NCBI GenBank assembly: GCA_035389045.1
Contig: DAOORA010000007.1
Location: 62,001-96,870, forward strand
Reading direction: 5' to 3'
Length of the DNA: 34,870 bases
DNA from: Bacteroidales bacterium
Lineage (GTDB): Bacteria; Bacteroidota; Bacteroidia; Bacteroidales; CAIWKO01
The notes under the pieces are model-generated. The model searched no databases, was not told where the DNA came from, and worked only from the letters and a program-made list of their open reading frames with translations. Position numbers and translations under genes: made by a program. Shown piece by piece: positions 26,731 to 34,870 of the stretch (positions within the stretch are counted from its first letter, which is position 1; every line of letters starts with the position of its first letter).

Positions 26731-29700
26731 TAATATCCGTGGTATCTGTACTGGCAGATCCGCAGGAACCAGAAACAATGCAATAATATCCTGAATTTGA
26801 TGTGATGCTCCCGGGACTGTAAGTACTGTTGGTGGCATTATTAATAATGGTTGAAGGTGACAGAAACCACTGGTAATTAAAGGCCCCTGTGCCTCCGGCT
26901 CCGGTAGATGTGAAAATTCCCGGAGCAGCGTTATAACAAATTGGTGAGGTGCCTCCGCTTATGGTTGCACTGACCGTGCCGGCCACGGTCACGGCTGCTG
27001 TTGCCGTGTTGTTACAGCCTCCCGAAGTGGTTACACTGTAAGTTATTTCAGATGTTCCCGCTGTTACGCCGGTTAATGAACCTGTAGACGGATCAATCAC
27101 TGCTACGGCAGAATTACTGCTGGCCCATGTTCCTCCCGATGTAGTGCTGGCCCATGCTGCCGTGGAACCTGTGCATAAAAGATTTATTCCAGTAATTGTC
27201 TGAGGTAAGGGATCCGTTATTGTTATGGTCTGTGTACCTGTGTTGACACAAGATCCTATGGTAACGGAATACGTAATGATTGAAGTTCCGGCAGCAATGC
27301 CTGTGACAGAACCTGTGTTTGCATCAATAGCGGCCACTCCCGGATCACTGCTTGTCCATGTGCCGCCGCTCGTTGTGCTCGACCAGGATGTTGCGGAACC
27401 CGCACATAAAGGCGACATTCCTGTGATGGTCTGCGAAATGGAAGAGCCACCGTTAACCATTGCAATATCGTTTGAAGTAGCAGAACAGCCATTATATGTA
27501 ACTACACAATACACGTGTATGTGATCATAGTTGGCTCCAAAAGTGTAAATGTCAAGTGTCTGGGACATACCGCCATTATAGCTGGTAAATAAGGGCGCAT
27601 TGCCAATAACGGATGATGAGTCCAGTGTTACCACATTGGAACTGTCCGCATTGGTTATATACCATTGATATGCCGGTGAACCAGACCATCCGGAAGGTGT
27701 TGCTGTATAAGAGATGTCAGTCAACGGACAGGCTGATGCGGGGCCGGTGATGGTGACTGTACCCGGGGTGACATAAGTCACGGTAACACTATCACAACCG
27801 GACCAGCATCCTGAGGAATTATATGCCCTGGCATAATAAGTAGTTGTTGAGGTGGGAGAAACGGAGATCACGTTACCTGATCCAATAAAGTTGCCTCCGC
27901 ATGATCCTGTATACCAGTATGTTGTTGCCCCCGTTATCGTTGCTGACAGGTCAGATGAGCCATTTCCGCAAACAGTGGGTGGCATAGCCACCGGTGATGG
28001 TGCGGCGGGTAATGCATTCACGGTAACCACAATATTGCCGCAGCCAGCTGACCAGCAACCGGTCGTGTCATTATAGGCTCTTGCATAATAGGTTGTTGTT
28101 GTTGAAGGAGAAACTGTTATCGGGCTTCCTGTTGCCAGTATGCCTCCCCCGCATGATCCTGAATACCAGTATATGTCAGTTCCCGTTGTGGTGGCCGCTA
28201 AGTTCGTCGAATTTCCCTGGCAAATTGATGTTGATGGGGGTGTGACAGCTATTACAGGTGTGCTCCCGACAACTACTGTTACACTGTCTATGACAATTGA
28301 CGAAGCGCCGATAAGTGAAATGTCGTCTATACCAAAATCATTGCCCACATAGTTGGTACAATAATCTACAATACAAATAGCCACGCTGGTATTGCTGCCG
28401 GAATTCCAGAGTGCCGAAAAATTTGCCCACGGGCCTCCGTTGGTAATCGGGATGGCAAGGTTTCCGATATCAATGCCGTTGAATAAAAAGTGCAGGTCGC
28501 CTGAACAATTACCGTATGTATTGTTCATGCTGACTGCCCAGCAGGAAAATGTATAGTTTGTATTTGGTGTAACGGTTACCGTCTGACACCAGACATTCTT
28601 GTCGGATTCCATATAACCATCTGCGATCAGGTAGTTACCGGCACTCGTGGTATGATCCGGATAATTCCATCCGGCATGAAGCGCACTGCCCAGGGGCGCC
28701 ACCACATAATAGCTTGGGTTACAGGTCGCAGCAGGGCAAAGGTTGTAATCTGTTGTAAAACCTGTATTACCCAATTCAAAATCACCATTATAAATGAGGT
28801 TCGAAGAACCACATGGTGTGGAACAATAATACGTGGTTGTGACAGATGGACTCGCCATGACAACAGCGTTGTTTGTTGAACTTAATCCATTGGCCGGTGA
28901 CCATGTGTATGTGTCTCCACCTGAGGCACTTAATTGCACAGAATCTCCTGTACAAATCGTATCCGCATCGGGAATGACCGTGATTTGAGAAGGAATGATC
29001 GTCAGGGTATCGGAATGTGCCGAGCCACATGAACCGGTTACAGCACAATAATATCCGATGGCCGACGTGATGTTACCCGGATTAAATGTACTGTTGGTGG
29101 CGTTACTTATCATGGTAGAAGGCGAGATGTACCATTGGTAAGTGTAAGTGCCTGATCCTCCTGATGCATTGGCAGATAGTGTTCCCGGACTTGTATTGTA
29201 ACAAACATCCGTTGTTCCGCCACTCAGGGAGGCACTTACAGGCCCATAGATGGTTACTGTTTTGGTGGCAGTATTGACACATCCCCCTACGGTTACGGTA
29301 TAGGTAATTACCGATGTTCCTGCTGCAATGCCGGATACAAAACCTGTTGATGAACCTACCGAGGCTATCCAGGGATTGGAACTTGTCCATGTGCCGCCGG
29401 AGTTGGTACTTGTCCACAGTGCTGCTGAACTCGTACATAAAGGTGTTATTCCCATGATAGTCTGTGCTGTGCCTACGTTGATGGAAACGTTTCCGCAGCC
29501 TGATGACCAGCAGCCTGTAGTAGCATTGTATGCCCTGGCATAAAAGGTGCTGTTCGAAGTCAGCGTCACAGTAACGGGGCTTCCGGAGGCTACAAAAGTA
29601 CCTCCGCACGAGCCGGAGTACCAATATACGGTTGCGCCGGAAACCGAAGCCGACAAACTTGTTGTACTGCCCGGACATATCGAAGCAGGCGAAGCCGTAG

Positions 29701-32122
29701 GTGATGGACTGGCAGGCAATGAATACACTGTTACTGTTGTACTTAAGCAACCGGATGACCAGCAACCACTTGTAATATTAAAGGCCCTGGCAAAATAGGT
29801 AGTGGTTGATGCAGGTGTTACGGTCACCGGGCTGCCTGATGCAATTAATGTTCCTCCGCACGATCCGGTGTACCAGTTAATGGTTGCTCCTGATACCGAA
29901 GCTGACAGATTTGATGAAGCGCCCGCGCATATGGCAGATGGCGAGGCTGTCGGTGATGGATTGGCAGGCAATGGATTTACTGTTATGGTGATATTTCCGC
30001 AGCCTGCCGACCAACAGCCTGAGGCACTGTAAGCCCTGGCATAGTATGTTGTTGTGGTTGCCGGTGAAACAGTGATTGAATTACCCGTACCTATCAATGT
30101 TCCTCCGCAGGAACCGGTATACCAATAGACCGTGGCGCCTGCCACTGAAGCTGTAATATTGGTCGAACTGCCCTGGCAGATCGTTGCCGGAGAAGCGGCC
30201 GGTGAAGGATCGGGCGGCAATGGATTTACTGTTATTGTTGTACTTCCGCAATTTGCTGACCAGCATCCCGATGTGTTATACGCACGGGCATAATATGTAG
30301 TCGTTGATACCGGGGTGACACTGACTGTGTTACCCGATGCAATAAGACTTCCTCCGCATGAACCTGTGTACCAGAATATTGTGGAATTTGTTACTGTTGC
30401 AGACAAACTTGACGAATTACCCGTGCATATAGATAAAGGTGAAGCTGTTGGTGATGGATTTGCCGGTGGTGCCCAAACAGTGATTACGACGCCTGCGCAA
30501 CCGGACCAGCAACCATTGGTGAGATTATATGATCTGGCATAATATGTAGTAGTTGTGGCAGGTGTTACCGTAATCGGGCTGCCAGAAGCGATCAGGGTTC
30601 CTCCGCAGGAACCGGTGTACCAATAAACAATTGATCCCGTCACAGAAGCCGAGAGGGTTGAAGAGCTACCGAGACAAATTGCTGATGGCGAGGCTGCCGG
30701 AGTTGGTGTGGCAGCAGCATTAACAGTTACGGGTACACTTCCGCAACCCGCTGACCAGCAGCCCGAAGGATTATAGGCCCGTGCATAGTATGTAGTTGTG
30801 GTTGCAGGAAAAACATTGATTGAGTTGCCTGTGCCAACATAACCTGCTCCGCATGAACCGGAATACCAGTATATGATCGATCCCGTTACCGAAGCTGATA
30901 AATTGGTTGCCGTGCCGGCACATATCGTTGAAAGTGAGACCGAAGGTGATGGTACAGCGGGTACAGTAGTGACCGTTACGGTAATACTGCCGCAGGCAGG
31001 CGACCAACATCCGTTGGAAGTATTATAAGTCCTCACAAAATAGGTAGTGGAAACGGCAGGTGTCACCACTATCGGGCTGCCTGTTCCGATAAGTGTCCCG
31101 CCGCAGGAACCGGTGTACCAGTATATTTCAGAGCCGGCCTGCGAAGCAGATAGTGTGCTTGATCCGCTTCCGCAAATTACCGTGGGTGTTGCTGCTGGAG
31201 TAGGATTACCGGGAAATGGCCCTGACTGGGTGACAACCCATTGAGTACCACCAATAGCGGTGCAACATGACCACGGTATACATGAGCAGGAAGAATAATT
31301 ACTGCAGTGGTGAACACAGCACCAGTCGTAAGCATATCCCGAAGGGCAGCTTGCAGCTTCCGGGACATTGTCACAACACCAGCCAGCCCCGCAAGGACTG
31401 CCATTCTGAATGTACAAGGTTTCGGTGTAGGAGCAGCAGTCCCCGTAGTATGTCTGTGTTGTGCTGGTGGGCGTATAACCGGCAGGAGGTGTCCCTACAG
31501 GGGGACACGTTGTACCGGTTTTATTTTGTGCAAGCCACTTATATCCCGGTTCTTCGTTTGATGGTGAATTGTTTTCACCGTTTACTGCATTTGCTAAAAG
31601 AGTATTACTGTTTTGTTGCGCCGGATCCTTTCCTGAATCTGTGGTGCAAACACTTTGCGAAACATAGGTGTGGCCTGAAAAAGTCCGCATTTTCAAACGG
31701 TAAAACTTTGGATGTACTAATACATTGCGGCTTTTTAACACATCATTGAATATATATCTCACATTGCCATGTTCTGTCGACATTAAAATATTATTATAAT
31801 AATCAAGTTCTGTGGGATAGTCGAATAAATGGATATCTGGCAAATCCGAGATCAGCGCTTCAGAGCATGGGGTAAAATTGATTCTGTCATTACCCGATTC
31901 GAGTATAACTTCTTTGATGTTTTCCGAATCATAATTTTCCCAGACTAAATGAACGTATGAATCCTGAAGTACCCCGATGTAAAAAAATATATGAACCTGC
32001 TCTGGTTTTGATTCCGGAGTGGATTGGGATAACAGATAATTGGCGTTGGTCTGAGCTATATTTACAAACCTGATTAACAACATGAAAAGAATAAAAACAA
32101 ATAAATTTTTATTAGCATACAT
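24827..32122 (-). CDS. Giant T9SS cargo/adhesin: Cys-rich microdomain, nine Ig-like repeats, Big_2-like and CBM-like domains, dockerin-like + cohesin-like domains, CTD
   Basis: Signal peptide; repeats IC.G.S..LSA...YWY.GSCGG...TTTYYARAYN..GCWS..C; WTSS(N/D)P..A.V/I domains; NLIYNGDFE...DFGIDDISL; YPNPF CTD. Confidence 0.88.
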   Translation of the reverse strand: MYANKNLFVFILFMLLIRFVNIAQTNANYLLSQSTPESKPEQVHIFFYIGVLQDSYVHLVWENYDSENIKEVILESGNDRINFTPCSEALISDLPDIHLFDYPTELDYYNNILMSTEHGNVRYIFNDVLKSRNVLVHPKFYRLKMRTFSGHTYVSQSVCTTDSGKDPAQQNSNTLLANAVNGENNSPSNEEPGYKWLAQNKTGTTCPPVGTPPAGYTPTSTTQTYYGDCCSYTETLYIQNGSPCGAGWCCDNVPEAASCPSGYAYDWCCVHHCSNYSSCSCIPWSCCTAIGGTQWVVTQSGPFPGNPTPAATPTVICGSGSSTLSASQAGSEIYWYTGSCGGTLIGTGSPIVVTPAVSTTYFVRTYNTSNGCWSPACGSITVTVTTVPAVPSPSVSLSTICAGTATNLSASVTGSIIYWYSGSCGAGYVGTGNSINVFPATTTTYYARAYNPSGCWSAGCGSVPVTVNAAATPTPAASPSAICLGSSSTLSASVTGSIVYWYTGSCGGTLIASGSPITVTPATTTTYYARSYNLTNGCWSGCAGVVITVWAPPANPSPTASPLSICTGNSSSLSATVTNSTIFWYTGSCGGSLIASGNTVSVTPVSTTTYYARAYNTSGCWSANCGSTTITVNPLPPDPSPAASPATICQGSSTNITASVAGATVYWYTGSCGGTLIGTGNSITVSPATTTTYYARAYSASGCWSAGCGNITITVNPLPANPSPTASPSAICAGASSNLSASVSGATINWYTGSCGGTLIASGSPVTVTPASTTTYFARAFNITSGCWSSGCLSTTVTVYSLPASPSPTASPASICPGSTTSLSASVSGATVYWYSGSCGGTFVASGSPVTVTLTSNSTFYARAYNATTGCWSSGCGNVSINVGTAQTIMGITPLCTSSAALWTSTNSGGTWTSSNPWIASVGSSTGFVSGIAAGTSVITYTVTVGGCVNTATKTVTIYGPVSASLSGGTTDVCYNTSPGTLSANASGGSGTYTYQWYISPSTMISNATNSTFNPGNITSAIGYYCAVTGSCGSAHSDTLTIIPSQITVIPDADTICTGDSVQLSASGGDTYTWSPANGLSSTNNAVVMASPSVTTTYYCSTPCGSSNLIYNGDFELGNTGFTTDYNLCPAATCNPSYYVVAPLGSALHAGWNYPDHTTSAGNYLIADGYMESDKNVWCQTVTVTPNTNYTFSCWAVSMNNTYGNCSGDLHFLFNGIDIGNLAIPITNGGPWANFSALWNSGSNTSVAICIVDYCTNYVGNDFGIDDISLIGASSIVIDSVTVVVGSTPVIAVTPPSTSICQGNSTNLAATTTGTDIYWYSGSCGGGILATGSPITVSPSTTTTYYARAYNDTTGCWSAGCGNIVVTVNALPAAPSPVAMPPTVCGNGSSDLSATITGATTYWYTGSCGGNFIGSGNVISVSPTSTTTYYARAYNSSGCWSGCDSVTVTYVTPGTVTITGPASACPLTDISYTATPSGWSGSPAYQWYITNADSSNVVTLDSSSVIGNAPLFTSYNGGMSQTLDIYTFGANYDHIHVYCVVTYNGCSATSNDIAMVNGGSSISQTITGMSPLCAGSATSWSSTTSGGTWTSSDPGVAAIDANTGSVTGIAAGTSIITYSVTIGSCVNTGTQTITITDPLPQTITGINLLCTGSTAAWASTTSGGTWASSNSAVAVIDPSTGSLTGVTAGTSEITYSVTTSGGCNNTATAAVTVAGTVSATISGGTSPICYNAAPGIFTSTGAGGTGAFNYQWFLSPSTIINNATNSTYSPGSITSNSGYYCIVSGSCGSASTDTTDIIVYPELTAGISGGTSPICEKTSPGIFTASGSGGTSIYAYQWYRTSMGIINGATNSTFNPGIMTSSNGFYCVVTSGSCGSASSPAFNVVVMPEVSTPAPIMVSAGTEPLCQLTNDTTTTTYNTSASNNLGFHWSISNPAAGSIDSSTGVMTWANGFYGTVNIQVYAYGCGLPSPQIIRTVTVNPCGTGHAISGKTRYAGKASNGNPAPNPPTYNSIKYNIDQVIVILKNSPSGTEIARDTSDALGVYHFSNVQDGNYILSYDKYTADTMQWGNDVNAIDLALVKYYIGSDTLSDPSRNFYPKYRKAANVDNNTLINAIDIARIKAKLGAPYAVSKNFPKGNWVALDTSVTVAGADLNITLKTICYGDYNASSSKYRDSLINWGMAKSLPINIIDVSDDYITTSDPEYFEIPLRISAKINEFSALGLELNYPSDNYMLVSASMPGTGNKNGSVKINPTMEEIIAADDDLLVTDENGVIRVVFATTDHFNVAANDEIIRLGFHSLHNMKQGPSGFILDGTGVIGNQYGEENEDAYLIMPRIFVQGSNANAGLEFAGYPNPFSGLVKLTYNIPEQGHVTIKVFNALGEIVAIPVNETQHNGRHIIGFSGTNLPAGIYSFKLEYDGPKKSEHAVLKIFR
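27777..31205 (-). repeat. Coding ~250-bp Ig-like repeats: seven in tandem (29474-31205) plus two (27777-28267)
   Basis: Recurring WY[TS]GSCG and GCWS motifs about every 83 aa. Confidence 0.92.
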
Positions 32123-32202
32123 AATAATATATTTTTTTAATAAATAACTATTTTAGATGTGATTTATTCAAATCAAATAGCAAGTTCTATTTTTTTGATA
32201 CA

Positions 32203-32210
32203 CAAATGTA
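32203..32210 (-). promoter_or_regulatory. Candidate -7 box for the 2431-aa gene
   Basis: TACATTTG on the minus strand ~80 nt upstream of the start; nearest TTTG is 16 nt away (non-ideal spacing). Confidence 0.5.
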
Positions 32211-32356
32211 TGAAAAAAAAGTTTAACAAAAAAATAATAATGATCTATTGTGTGAGAACTAATATGTATAGACAATAAAGCTCTGTATTTCGCCTTTAAT
32301 GTTTATTGAAGTTGCTGAAATCATTGAAAACTATGCTAATAAGCTGGTAAAGAATA

Positions 32357-33550
32357 TTATAGTCTGTCTTCGATGTTATAGAAAAGTATGGATAACAATC
32401 CGAAAAAATACACGCCCATTTGTCTTTCCAGTATAGATTCACTAAAAAAGACTAAAATAACGGCTATCATGAAATACCTGGCTTCAGGAATTATTATTAT
32501 CTTTTTGAATATCCAAAAAAGACAAACCAAAAAAGTCAGAAGTACAAATATCCCGTAAGCAATGCCTTCGGTAAGGTATTGGTTATGAGGATTAAAGCTC
32601 TGATCTTTATCTTCCCATCCTTTGGTGGAATAACAGGCATTGAGTTCATCCTGAAAAAACCGGCTTCCGGTTCCCCATAAAATATTTTCTGAAAATACCA
32701 TCCATGAACAATCGGTAATCATTTTGCGCTGTGATATGGTGTTTTCCTGAAAACTGTTTCCATCAGCCCACGTAATGATTTCTCCGAAGCGCGCTTTAAG
32801 TGATGGTACACAAAATATCAGAAGGGTCATCAATAACAGGGTGCTTAAAATCCATGCCGCTTTCTTCAAAACGGAAATTTTTTTCAGAAATATATGTGTC
32901 AGTATGATAATCAATAAGATAATAATGGTAATTCTCACTGCGAGCAACAGCACTGAAACAAATAATAAAGTTGCCATTACAATTCCGGCTATCCTTAAAG
33001 CTTTTTTGCAGGCCGATAAATTGCAATAGAAGAAACTTCCTCCACAAAGGGCAAAAATCGAATAATACGTGGGATGCAGCCCTGAGATATGCTCGAAATT
33101 GTCTCTGAGGATAAATGCACCGTTCTCATAGTAGGATGGATCAGCTAGCAATCCCTTTGCCAGCAGGTATGAGAAGCTGTATATGGTGAGCAGCGTTACC
33201 GACAATGAAAAGATCAGTACCGGTATCTTATAGTTTTTAAACCCGGTGATTTTCAGGAATACAGGTATTATCAGCGGCGCCGTGAAAAAGAAAAGTTTTT
33301 TTTCGAATTCAAAGCGTGCCAAAGGGTCGAAACCGGAGGTGAAAAACTCTATGAGATAAGGCACGAAAGGCAGGATAAAAACAAGATTCTGAAACATTGT
33401 TTTTCCGATAGAGATGGGTTTTATTATAAACATCAGAAGGGTGGCCAGCGTGAGCAGCATGAAGACGGCGTTGCTGAATTTCAGCGGAAATACCGGGAAA
33501 GCAAACAATGTCAGAAAAAGCATGGTGGCCACCCGGGCGGGCCATTTCAT
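32357..33550 (-). CDS. O-antigen ligase/polymerase (Wzy_C/WaaL-like) family membrane protein
   Basis: Many TMs; HPTY, SQR..I, WGTG and NPHNQYL...G..G motifs; start placed at ATG 33550, right after the GT stop. Confidence 0.85.
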   Translation of the reverse strand: MKWPARVATMLFLTLFAFPVFPLKFSNAVFMLLTLATLLMFIIKPISIGKTMFQNLVFILPFVPYLIEFFTSGFDPLARFEFEKKLFFFTAPLIIPVFLKITGFKNYKIPVLIFSLSVTLLTIYSFSYLLAKGLLADPSYYENGAFILRDNFEHISGLHPTYYSIFALCGGSFFYCNLSACKKALRIAGIVMATLLFVSVLLLAVRITIIILLIIILTHIFLKKISVLKKAAWILSTLLLMTLLIFCVPSLKARFGEIITWADGNSFQENTISQRKMITDCSWMVFSENILWGTGSRFFQDELNACYSTKGWEDKDQSFNPHNQYLTEGIAYGIFVLLTFLVCLFWIFKKIIIIPEARYFMIAVILVFFSESILERQMGVYFFGLLSILFYNIEDRL

Positions 33551-33551
33551 G

Positions 33552-34676
33552 CTACTCTTTTCTTCTTTCGGAAAAAAATCTGTTGATTTTATCATCGACA
33601 AAAGTCTTGAACTCGGTTCGAAATCGTTCTATGCTGAATCGTGTAATATTTTTTTCAAAATCATTGTACCGGAAAGTCCTCTTACCGGTATGAAAAGCCC
33701 TAATCGTTGCAACCATATCTTCGGGTGTCTGGTCATTAAAAAAGACTCCGGTGTCATTGTTCACGGTTTCCTTATATCCGCCTTTGAATGGTACGATAAC
33801 CGGGGTGCCGTACGATTGGGCTTCAACGACCGAAATTCCGAAATCCTCGGTGGCAGCGGCAATAAAAGCCTTTGCACGGGACATTTTCCGGTGTTTGGTT
33901 TCTTCATCAATAAAACCCAGATAGGTGACATTTGGAGGAAGGTCTTTCATAATTTTTCGCCGCATGGGTCCAAATCCGGCTATTTCGAGTTTCAGTTCGG
34001 GCATGCGGCGGAATGCTTCCACAATAAGGTCAATATTTTTATAGGTGACCAGGCGTGAAACGGTGATGTATGATTCGGATCTGTCACCAGCCTGATCTTT
34101 CATACCTATATTCACGGGAGGATATATGACGGTACTCTGACGCATGAAGAACCTTTGAATCCTGTCGTGTACAAAGGATGAATTGGCAATAAAATGATCA
34201 ACCCTGTCGCAACTTGCAAAATCCCATTTACGCAATTTTTCAAAGAAATAACTTAGTATGCCTTTTGTTATTCCGGTATTGGTGACTTTGAGATAATCTT
34301 CTTTCAGATCCCAGGCATAACGTGCAGGGCTGTGACAGTAGGATATGTGTAATTGTCCCGGCTGTCTTTTCACGCCTTTGGCAACACAGGAGGATGAAGA
34401 AATGATGACCTGGTAGTCTTTCAGATCAAGGCTTTCGATGGCATACGGGAACAGTGGGAAAAGATTGCGGTATCCCCGGCGTGCAAAAGGAATATGCTGA
34501 ATAAAACTGGTTTTTGATGTTTTTCCATGCAGGTACGTATCGCGGTTGTTTTGATCAAAAAAATCGAACAGGCAGAAGACATCGGCCTCCGGATAACAAT
34601 GAAGTATCTCCTTCACTACTTTTTCGGCTCCGCCGGCTTCATTGAACCAATCATGCACAAGCGCAATTTTCAGCAT
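33552..34676 (-). CDS. Glycosyltransferase family 4 (mannosyltransferase-like)
   Basis: KIALVHDW...GGAEKV, YCHSPARYAWD, VSRLVTYK and EDFGISVVEAQ..GTPVI motifs. Confidence 0.92.
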   Translation of the reverse strand: MLKIALVHDWFNEAGGAEKVVKEILHCYPEADVFCLFDFFDQNNRDTYLHGKTSKTSFIQHIPFARRGYRNLFPLFPYAIESLDLKDYQVIISSSSCVAKGVKRQPGQLHISYCHSPARYAWDLKEDYLKVTNTGITKGILSYFFEKLRKWDFASCDRVDHFIANSSFVHDRIQRFFMRQSTVIYPPVNIGMKDQAGDRSESYITVSRLVTYKNIDLIVEAFRRMPELKLEIAGFGPMRRKIMKDLPPNVTYLGFIDEETKHRKMSRAKAFIAAATEDFGISVVEAQSYGTPVIVPFKGGYKETVNNDTGVFFNDQTPEDMVATIRAFHTGKRTFRYNDFEKNITRFSIERFRTEFKTFVDDKINRFFSERRKE

Positions 34677-34735
34677 GTTCCGGTTTTTTTGAGTTTGCTG
34701 TTATTACAGATATAATGATGACAAAAAACAGAGTG

Positions 34736-34743
34736 CAAATCTA
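34736..34743 (-). promoter_or_regulatory. Candidate -7 box for the GT4-ligase operon
   Basis: TAGATTTG on the minus strand 60 nt upstream of the start. Confidence 0.5.
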
Positions 34744-34870
34744 AGAAATTGTTTTGATTTTATCTTTTCATATCTTTATGGGCAATTTCTTTTTTTGAGG
34801 TGCTGATAAATAAAATCCGAATAGATTCTTGTAACAATATTACTTTTCTGTATTACTTTTTTGCATGTCC

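Noticed and set aside
27777..31205. Regular ~250-bp repeats as CRISPR or non-coding array
   Set aside because: Degenerate, in-frame protein domain repeats with no constant repeat-spacer structure.

Overview
Bacteroidota (Bacteroidales-like) genomic window with three blocks. (1) 1-13.6 kb, all minus strand: a ~21-gene, cysteine-dense arsenic/organometal(loid) detoxification cluster. The upstream unit is arsE-like Trx, ArsR, three ArsF-like proteins, ArsG-like and ArsP-like permeases, an orphan, a doubly frameshifted DUF169 gene, CMD/AhpD, a DGC protein, a two-Trx membrane fusion, a CxxC lipoprotein and an outer-membrane barrel. The downstream unit is a second ArsR, two paralogous Cys-tailed Trx-fold proteins, a MacB/FtsX-type ABC exporter, DUF1573, a Cys-less rhodanese, ArsC and an uncalled Cys-rich membrane ORF cut by the window edge. 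A palindrome (AT[TG]T[CT]G-N8-CGA[AC]AT) occurs three times and twice brackets the Bacteroidota -7 promoter box. (2) A divergent DUF5131 gene followed by three large T9SS-type cargo genes (1824, 1347 and 2431 aa). Two share a duplicated ~620-aa C-terminal module with a tandem dockerin-like + cohesin-like pair, one has a 14-Cys microdomain, and the third appears 5'-truncated. (3) A GT4 glycosyltransferase and an O-antigen ligase/polymerase-family gene. All family assignments come from motif recognition by eye, without database searches.
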